This document shows, piece after piece, positions 54,107 through 64,000 of a stretch of DNA of 64,000 nucleotides. This DNA comes from Paraspadella gotoi. Lineage: Eukaryota > Animalia > Chaetognatha. Numbering within the stretch: the stretch's first letter is position 1; each line of letters opens with the position of its first letter. The notes below the pieces were generated by a model. It was not told the DNA's origin and ran no database searches. It saw nothing but the letters and a program-made list of their open reading frames with translations. The translations under genes were made by a program, and so were the position numbers. Where the stretch lies: assembly GCA_051294375.1 (NCBI GenBank), contig CM119267.1:16669637-16733636 (forward strand). The letters run 5' to 3'.

Positions 54107-55142
54107 AGAGAGAATTCGTAATACGCGGTCAACGTCAAGGACGATCTAAGTTTTGACCGACACGCGGTTCGTTAAGAGCGGGAAATCGTCAGATTCTTCT
54201 CGCGATAGCGAAACACTTGATGGAGATTGATTCGAAATAACGAACACGTTAATCTGAAGCAGAAATGAATTAACTGAAAGCTTCGTGGCTCGGTTACGAA
54301 CCAAAGTTATTTACGATAGTTTAGCGGTTTATTCAATATCAAATATATATAAATATATCTATATATTTTAAAAATGAAGTTAATCAATTAACATCTATAA
54401 TTTAAGTATTTCTTTAAACAAAGTAATCTAGCCAATTTTATATTTTGGTCATGGATTTTAACTCGATAATGAATTTGTATAAATGGGGAAATAAGGTTTA
54501 TCATCCATCAGGGTTAGCTTAAAATACTCTTTTTATTAACATAATAAAGTCCTGGACTAAATCATAGGTACAAGAGCCGCGAGGGCTTTTCAAAAAATTC
54601 AGAAAAACGAAATTCGGTGCGGGAAAAAAATGGAGCTCGAAACTAGAAAATCCCCGGATGTTTCAAATTCATAAATAACCGCCATATTTTCCCGCCTTTC
54701 TCCGCCTTTCTTCCTCATTTTTTTTCTTTTTCCCCTTTAAGGCCCACATTTTCTTTTTTTTTTCCTTTCCCACTTTCGCAAAAAAAAAAACTGTAAAAAA
54801 AAAAAGAAAAGAAAAAATCTCTTTATAAAAAAAAAAACCGGGAATTTTTTTTTATATGTATTTTTTTTTTTACGATGGAAGTTCTACGTTCTCGTTCTCC
54901 CCTTAAAATATTCATAAAAGTAGAAAACGATTCTCCCGATGTCAAAGATGCAAACCTGGGAGGGGGAAGAGTGTGTCGGGGGATGTGGAAGAGGGTGGAT
55001 CGAAATTTTTTTATAGAGGGCAAAGTAATAAAATCAGGATCTTAACCACATCTTTCGTAGAAGCTTTGATTTATTCATCCCTTTAAACCGACGCGATGGA
55101 TCGACCACCTTTTTTTTGAAAAAAGAGGGGGGGTAGATAAAA

Positions 55143-55273
<131 letters not shown>

Positions 55274-56577
55274 ATGGTAAGTAACGGCCGGCGTCTTCCA
55301 CAGTGGGCGTGGTTTTGCGCCTCGGATCAGGGCGCCAGCTTTCCAAGTTGGCGCCGCCCGTTTTTAGAACGGCGTGGGTGGCGCCGTTGGAAGATGGTGG
55401 AGGAGGAGGAGGAGGAGGAGGCAGTCGAAAAGGGAGAAGAATCGGAAGTAAGTAGCGAGGATGAACTTACCTCTTGAAGGAAAGGAACAAAAAAGGTTCA
55501 TCGGGAAAAAGAAAAAATACGTTGAGGTGGGGGTAAAAAAAAATCCAGAAATAGATGTTAACCTTACAGCAAAAAAAGACTGTTAAGGAAATTAAGGAAG
55601 AAAGAAAGAATAGAAGCAGTTAAACAGGAAAACAAAGAAAGAAAGAAAAACAATTTTGAAGTTGAATAACATTGTGACAATGAAAAAGGAAACTAAAAGT
55701 CGATAAATTCCAAGAAATTGAAAAAGGACTTTCTTGGAGATTTTTATATAATTACCAATAAGGTATTTGGATTAAAACGCGAGTGCCAGACCACAGGCTA
55801 TATGTCAATCAACGAGAATCGCTATTAAAATTTTACGAATTCTGCGGGCAAAATTATTTTCCTACGAGAAGTATTAAGTATTTTTTTTTAAAAATGTTTA
55901 AAAACGGTATTCAGCGATTCAACGAAAAAAAAGGTAGTTTCCAAGGTAAAGATTTAATCTCTTCTCTCGCGAAGTTGGGAATCCACGGCTTTACTGCGTT
56001 CCTCAGCAAAGACTCTGACCTCCTCTACAGGCTCGGATCGCCTCATATCGCTTCCTCCCTCGAGAAATGCCGACCTCAAGCCAAGCGCAACAGACGCACG
56101 AAGAATTGCGGAGGAAGAAAAAAAAGGGGAGGGAAAAAAAAGGAAAAGAGAAAAAGGAAAAAGGAAAGAAAGAGAAAATTTTTTTTTTTTTAAATGGGTT
56201 CTATATTTATCATTTTTTTAGAAAGGGTTTACCCGTAAAAAAATGAGCCGAAATCAAAAAAGGCAACAACTTTGGCAAATAAAAAGAAAACAATTTTAAC
56301 GAAAAAAGAGCAAGTGATTCATTTCTTGATTGGAATTTGTTTTAGTTTCATTAAAGTCAGTTGTCTGCGTTGTATGAAAAAGAATTTAATTATACACTGC
56401 ACTGTGCTTTGGGCAATACTGTTGGTGAATATAAAGACCGCATGAAAACAAAAGTGGATTGGATATGACCAATTTCCATTGACTACTGATCAGAGTGTCC
56501 AGTTAGCACGGTCACTGGTCTGAGACCATTTTCTCATCTTCGTTTTTGCTCGTTCGTCATAGTCGAAGACGAAGAAA

Positions 56578-56654
<77 letters not shown>

Positions 56655-57854
56655 CCTCAGAGGGAAAACGATGATGACGATGCCGATGTGGAGAAAGGCG
56701 ACGAAACATTTTATTGGCAGAATTCTCTCTCCGACTTGTAACTTCGTTTAAATTAAAACTATTGAATTAAACAAATTAAAATTCTACGGAAGAATTTGAA
56801 ATCGACATTAAAAACTTGAAAATTAAATTTATTGAAAATTTTCCGATCGACGAATTTAGTCTGCAAATAAAATTACACAAAACTTAAAATGAAAGACGTG
56901 GAAAAAGATGAAATTTCTAAAAAAGTTTAAAATGACAATTATCAAATATCTAAGCAACAGTTAAACGAACAAGCATAAGCAACAGTTAAACGTCCCTATT
57001 ATTTTTTAGGCATTTTACCTTCTTGGAACCAAAAAAAAAGTGAGATGGAACGGAAACTATCCTTCCTTCCGTTGGGAGCCTTTTCGAAGAGACCTCTCAG
57101 ACGGCATGAGCCAACTTCATAACAATGTTTAAAAAAGAGACTAAAAGCTCACTTTCAGAGAGAAAGAGCAGAGAGAAGAGATGATGAGGAGAGAGAGAGA
57201 GAGAGAGAGAGAGACGAGAGAGAGAGAAGAGAGTTGTTCAAAACAGGACCCAAAGATGAGTCCTTTCAAAAAGTCGAGAATCGAAAAAATGTCCCGGTCA
57301 AAGTTCGCGTTGGAACAGAGTGAGTGAGAACGAAGTGTTTTGGGAGGTGAGGGGAGCAGGAGGGGGAAGAGAATGTGGGTAGAATCGGGTAATAGTGAGA
57401 AGGGTGAGGAACATGGGAGGCGTGAGAATGGGAGCAGAAGCAGGGGTGGATCTGGGAGAGGAAAACGGATTGCGAAAGATGAATAAGGATGAATTAGGGT
57501 TTAAGGGATCGAATTATCTGAATATCTGACATAACTAAAAGGAGCAAGAAAAAAAAAGGAAGGAAAGAAAGAATCAAAAATCTTGGAGTGACGAGAAATC
57601 TGCTCACGAATTAAGCCGCAAATTTAAATAAAACGTCGAGATTGTCAGTCGTCTGAGTGACTTGAATGACAAATGGGTATCTTTGATGTCGTCTCTATTT
57701 GCCGTCTGTCTTCAGTCTGGTCGTCTCTCGTCAGCTGCTTCGTCTTCTCCTCTCGTCTCGTCTCTGCGGTCTGCTGCGCGCTCTCGTCGTCTCTCGTCTC
57801 CTCTCTGCTTCTCATCTCTGCTCCTTGGNNNNNNNNNNNNNNNNNNNNNNNNNT

Positions 57855-58314
57855 GTCTAAAAAGACCCAAAGATTGATCCTTTCAAAAAATCGAGAACGA
57901 AAAAATTCCCGGTCAAAGTTCGCGTTGAGAACAGAGTGAGAAGCGAAGTGTTGGGAGGTGAGGGGAGAGGAGGGGGGGAAGAGGAGTGGGTGAATCGGGT
58001 AAGTGAGAAGGGTGAGGAAACGGGAGGCGTGAGAATGGGGCAGAAGCAGGTGGGATCGGAGAGGAAAAGGATTGGAAAGATGAATAAGGGATGAATTAGG
58101 GTAAGGGATCGAATATCTGAATATCTGAATAACTAAAAAGCAAAAAAAAAAAAGGAAGGAAAGAAAGAATCAAAAATTCTTGAGTGACGAGAAATCTGTC
58201 TCAGAATTTAAGCCGCAAATTTTTAAATAAAAGCGTTCGGAGATTTTCAGTCGTCTGAGTGACTTGAATGACAAATGGGTATCTTTGTATTTCTCTCTAT
58301 TTGCCGTCTGTCTC
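57855..58314 (+). repeat. Direct duplicate of about 57240-57710 across a 25-N gap
   Basis: Colinear sequence on either side of the 25-N spacer. Confidence 0.85.
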
Positions 58315-60149
58315 NNNNNNNNNNNNNNNNNNNNNNNNNNNNNNNNNNNNNNNNNNNNNNNNNNNNNNNNNNNNNNNNNNNNNNNNNNNNNNNNNNNNNN
58401 NNNNNNNNNNNNNNNNNNNNNNNNNNNNNNNNNNNNNNNNNNNNNNNNNNNNNNNNNNNCTCTCTCTCTCTCTCTCTTTTCTTCCCTCCGAGAATATCAT
58501 CAAAGAAGTTTGTTCAATTCCTAAGGTTAGCTAAGGGGTTAAAAGAATCATGCGCAAACAGAATCTACGATGTTGATTAAAAGTGAGGTGGAGGAGGAGG
58601 AAGAAGAGGAGGAGAAAGAGGGGAAAGAGGAAGCGGAGGGGGAAGAGTCGTACCAGGAGGGAAAAAGAGGAGGAGGGGGAAAAGAGAAAGATGAGGCGGA
58701 AATCGAAGACTACGCCAGAGAGGATTAACGACAACGACGACGACAACAACGACGACAAACGAAGGACGAGAACGCCAGGTGGCGTAACGCGAGGAAAAGG
58801 CCGTTGATACTTAGTGATAATGAAGGGGATATAAAAAAAAAATCCGTAGTGGACGATGAAGGAAAAATGAGGGAAGGNNNNNNNNNNNNNNNNNNNNNNN
58901 NNNNNNNNNNNNNNNNNNNNNNNNNNNNNNNNNNNNNNNNNNNNNNNNNNNNNNNNNNNNNNNNNNNNNNNNNNNNNNNNNNNNNNNNNNNNNNNNNNNN
59001 NNNNNNNNNNNNNNNNNNNNNNNNNNNNNNNNNNNNNNNNNNNNNNNNNNNNNNNNNNNNNNNNNNNNNNNNNNNNNNNNNNNNNNNNNNNNNNNNNNNN
59101 NNNNTGCGACAGCCATTAGCGTCTTCTCCCGAAAGAGAAGAGCTTCCTCTCTTTTCGGGGATGTCGCCTCTTGTCTTTTCTTTTTTTCTCCTAACTTATC
59201 TTCTCATCTCTTTTCTCTACTTTTCTCTTCTCTTCTCATCTCTTCTCTTCTCCTATATTCTCTTCTCTTCTTTTCTCTTCGTTTCTCCTCTCTTCTCTTC
59301 TTTGTACTTATATTGCACCCTCCACTCTTTCTCTCTTTTATTCTCTTTTTCTTTCTATCTTTCTTCTTCTCTTGCTCCTCTTACTTTTCTGTTCGACTAT
59401 CTTTCTTTTCTAACACGTTCTTGACGATCCATTTTTTCGATCAACCATTCTCTCCTTTCCCTCTCTTTTTATCCAGACATATTTCCATTAACTAACTTCA
59501 ATTATAATGTATAACCGCAACAAAAAGCAACGTTTAAAACTAGTAGCGTCTCTGACACTGATATGATGTCACAACTGCCGCAGTCATGTCACGACCGCTT
59601 TCTTATCACCCTTCCCCCTTCCTCCTTATCCTGTCACTACTCGNNNNNNNNNNNNNNNNNNNNNNNNNNNNNNNNNNNNNNNNNNNNNNNNNNNNNNNNN
59701 NNNNNNNNNNNNNNNNNNNNNNNNNNNNNNNNNNNNNNNNNNNNNNNNNNNNNNNNNNNNNNNNNNNNNNNNNNNNNNNNNNNNNNNNNNNNNNNNNNNN
59801 NNNNNNNNNNNNNNNNNNNNNNNNNNNNNNNNNNNNNNNNNNNNNNNNNNNNNNNNNNNNNNNNNNNNNNNNNNNNNNNNNNNNNNNNNNNNNNNNNNNN
59901 NNNNNNNNNNNNNNNNNNNNNNNNNNNNNNNNNNNNNNNNNNNNNNNNNNNNNNNNNNNNNNNNNNNNNNNNNNNNNNNNNNNNNNNNNNNNNNNNNNNN
60001 NNNNNNNNNNNNNNNNNNNNNNNNNNNNNNNNNNNNNNNNNNNNNNNNNNNNNNNNNNNNNNNNNNNNNNNNNNNNNNNNNNNNNNNNNNNNNNNNNNNN
60101 NNNNNNNNNNNNNNNNNNNNNNNNNNNNNNNNNNNNNNNNNNNNNNNNN

Positions 60150-60181
<32 letters not shown>

Positions 60182-62492
60182 AGAGAGGGTAAGGGAGTGA
60201 GTATGGAAAGGTAGAGTAAAGTAATGTAAAGTAAGTAAAATCACTGAGGGAGAGGAAACAGAGAGAGAAAATAATGGGAATAAAAGTTAAGGTAGTAAAA
60301 TCGATGGAATATTCTAACGCGGAGTATTTTTGCGATTTCATTGGCGCTGATATTAATTCAATCAGCGCTAGTTTTTTTATTGAGATATATACTATGTCAC
60401 GATCGAGGGCGCACGCGATTCCAACCTGTTTTTCTCTTTTTACTTACTTTTTTTTTCATTCTGAACTGACTACCCCTACCAGCTACTTTCACTTTATTTT
60501 TTTCATTCTATTTTTTAAATATTTTCTTTAATTTCTTACCCAAATGACTTTCAGCTTTCTTCTCTTTCTTTTTTTTATAAACTTCTCTTTTCATATTCGA
60601 TATATAAAGTATAATCTTAAATAAACACTTAACTTCTTTTTCTCATATTTTCCTAACATTTTCATCAGATTTCATTCTTCTCTTCCATTCCTCCACTCTC
60701 TTTCCTCTTCTCCTTTCCTCCCCTCCCTTTACNNNNNNNNNNNNNNNNNNNNNNNNNNNNNNNNNNNNNNNNNNNNNNNNNNNNNNNNNNNNNNNNNNNN
60801 NNNNNNNNNNNNNNNNNNNNNNNNNNNNNNNNNNNNNNNNNNNNNNNNNNNNNNNNNNNNNNNNNNNNNNNNNNNNNNNNNNNNNNNNNNNNNNNNNNNN
60901 NNNNNNNNNNNNNNNNNNNNNNNNNNNNNNNNNNNNNNNNNNNNNNNNNNNNNNNNNNNNNNNNNNNNNNNNNNNNNNNNNNNNNNNNNNNNNNNNNNNN
61001 NNNNNNNNNNNNNNNNNNNNNNNNNNNNNNNNNNNNNNNNNNNNNNNNNNNNNNNNNNNNNNNNNNNNNNNNNNNNNNNNNNNNNNNNNNNNNNNNNNNN
61101 NNNNNNNNNNNNNNNNNNNNNNNNNNNNNNNNNNNNNNNNNNNNNNNNNNNNNNNNNNNNNNNNNNNNNNNNNNNNNNNNNNNNNNNNNNNNNNNNNNNN
61201 NNNNNNNNNNNNNNNNNNNNNNNNNNNNNNNNNNNNNNNNNNNNNNNNNNNNNNNNNNNNNNNNNNNNNNNNNNNNNNNNNNNNNNNNNNNNNNNNNNNN
61301 NNNNNNNNNNNNNNNNNNNNNNNNNNNNNNNNNNNNNNNNNNNNNNNNACAACACTGGTAAAGAATTGGGTAAAACTTCGATCCAGCCTCGTTTTCACTT
61401 TCGTCCTCACTCATCATTGTATCAACGCCTCCGCTGCCTCCGCCTCCGCCGCCGCCGCCGACGCCCCCGCCGCCTCTCGCCTTGTTGATCTAATTCTCTC
61501 CTATTTCCCTCGTCCCTCTTTGACTTTGTACGCCCTACGTTAAACGCGCATTTATTTTCTCTTCCAGCAACTGTTTGACGTAATTCGATTGCTCTCTCTC
61601 TCTCTCTCCCTCTCTNNNNNNNNNNNNNNNNNNNNNNNNNNNNNNNNNNNNNNNNNNNNNNNNNNNNNNNNNNNNNNNNNNNNNNNNNNNNNNNNNNNNN
61701 NNNNNNNNNNNNNNNNNNNNNNNNNNNNNNNNNNNNNNNNNNNNNNNNNNNNNNNNNNNNNNNNNNNNNNNNNNNNNNNNNCAAACGGCCGATTTCTATT
61801 ATCGCCATTTTAGAAAATGCGATTGTTTTCGTAATACCCGGCATTAATCTCCCTCTGGAGGCCGAGTGGGAGGTTTGGTTGTTCTTTTTTCCGCCAGCCC
61901 TCTCCACATTCCCTCTACATGCCCTCGTCATCGTCATCATCATCATCATCGTCATCTCCTTCTTTCCATCTTGCTCTCCATCGTTTTTTGTCTACTTGAG
62001 GTGAGGTCGCGCCGCCGAGCGGAAAAAAAAACACGAAACGAATTTTCTCTCTTTTTCTCTCTCAGTGTCTTTTGTTTTCTTTTTTTTTTCCAAAATGGCC
62101 GCCGCCGTCGTCTTCTCTCGTCGTCGTGGACGTTATCGTCGACGACGAACGGAAATAGAGACGCGCCGTTGGGGGAAAAAACAAAAGATTAATGGAATTT
62201 CTCTCTTTCTTTTTTTTTCTTTTTGTGCCGAGACAAAAGCGGGCAGGAAATACAGTCGGAACATCCCCTACAGCGGAACGAGGGTATTTCAATAATTTCC
62301 TCTCTTCAACACCCCCCCCTCTTATCGCTTGTTCTCAGGTAAGTTCGCCGTCAACGTCGATTAAAAATCTGAGTGGCGGAGAAAAAAATATGAATCTCTG
62401 CGTAGAAATGAAAAGAAAGAGAGGAAGAAAGAAAGAAAGAAAGAAAAAAAGAAACAAACAAAGAAACAAACAAAGAAAGAAAGAAAGAAAAA

Positions 62493-62580
<88 letters not shown>

Positions 62581-64000
62581 GAGAAAAACCAAAGACGAAG
62601 CGAGCGGAAGAAACACCTGTTAACGATGAGCCTTTATTCCATCTTCTTTTCCTTTCTCCTTTTTTTTTCCTTTCTATTTTTTTATTTATTTCACGTTTTC
62701 CATTCATTTTTTACGGCGAAATTATGACAGACATCGGAATTTTATGTCGTAAAACCGGAGAATAATTACTCGGGAGAATCCTAGCTTGCCGGGGGGGTGT
62801 GGGGGGGGAAGAATATAGGTGGCGATGACGATGGGAGGAGGAGGAGGAGGAGGAGGAGGGGGAGAAAGACGATTGGAAAATAACAACGAGAAATACATAA
62901 TTTGTATTGAAATATTATAATCAAAATTATTAAATGGGGAATATATCGAGGACGGATCTGGTTTCCTTTTCTTTTTCTCCTCTCTTTCTCTCTCTCTCTC
63001 TCTCTCNNNNNNNNNNNNNNNNNNNNNNNNNAGCGAGGAGAAGCTCATTCTTCGACGCCAGATCCGTTCTCTCTCTCTCTCTCGTCTCTCTCTCTCTCTC
63101 TCTCTCTCTTTCATCTTCTCTCTTCTCCTCCTTCTCTCTCATTCTTCCCCTCTACATTCTCTCTCACCTCTCGGCGTCCCTCCTCCTCCTCTCACTCTCT
63201 TCTCTCTTTCCATTCTCAGCAGCGAACTTGTCCTTCTCCTCTCGACTACTGGCGCCAAATCGAAACAGGCCCTCTTCGTACCCTCTCTGCTCCTCTCTCT
63301 CTCTCTTTCATACTTACAATCAATGTTAAAATAGAATACCTTTATACAGTTAAAATCTCTCCTTCCATTCTAATTACTTGCTTCACTACGTCAAGTATTT
63401 CTTATGCGCCTATTTCCACATCTTTTTCACCCATCTTTCAACGACGCGCAAATCACAATAAGACTTATAGGCTGTTAAAATGTATTCAAAACGCGATTAC
63501 TCGTCAACTTCTTTTTTTTTCAAACGACCGTCAGGCTTTCTTCTTCGCTTTCTTTTTTTCGAGTAAAATACGGCAGTGACAGACGTCTTTATTTGTGTAC
63601 TGTATAAGTAAAGTGATCTTGTATATTTTCGGCAATTTTCGAGTTATTCACGAACTCTGTTAATATGCAGCAGCCTGTATTTATAGAAGTACAAATAGCT
63701 GAAACGAAACAAAATAGTCTTTAACTTCGACTTACAATATCACTTCATTATCTCTGTTGCTTTTTTTTCATTTTGTCTAACAAGTCTCGATAAAATAAAT
63801 ACATTATTACAATAACACTATCTCGAACACGCCCTTCACGTGCCACCGCGGCTAGTGAATTATCTTATAATCCAGGCTCTTCTCATACCAAACGTCTCCA
63901 CCTTCGCTATCCTATTCCATATCTCCACCCTCACGACATCCCCACAGAAGAAAAGAAAGTTACAGAGCTATGCTCGACGTCTTGAAACTACCCGATGGTA

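Noticed and set aside
59563-61417. Long ORFs of 200-255 aa in the track
   Set aside because: Made almost entirely of N-gap translations.

Overview
Eukaryotic (metazoan-like) DNA: AT-rich but CpG-rich, dense in microsatellites ((AG)n, (GAC)n, (GAAA)n). The assembly is gapped and patched with noisy long reads, with 25-N gaps and at least eight indel-riddled local duplications that look artefactual. Almost all ORFs in the supplied track are low-complexity noise. By hand I reconstructed the 3' part of a spliced minus-strand gene (six phase-compatible exons, 14751 to 6160). It encodes an uncharacterised Pro/Ser/acidic disordered protein ending in a compact Cys-rich C-terminus. Mobile DNA includes two hAT-like MITEs with 8-bp TSDs, two Helentron/DINE-1-like elements and two 3'-coterminal fragments of a coding TE. 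The most notable item is a complete 191-bp tRNA-headed SINE with a 7-bp TSD (48316-48506) whose body folds as a twister-type self-cleaving ribozyme, probably circularly permuted. There is also a minimal Penelope-type hammerhead ribozyme motif at 40455-40503 (minus strand). All calls are from manual reading; no searches were run.
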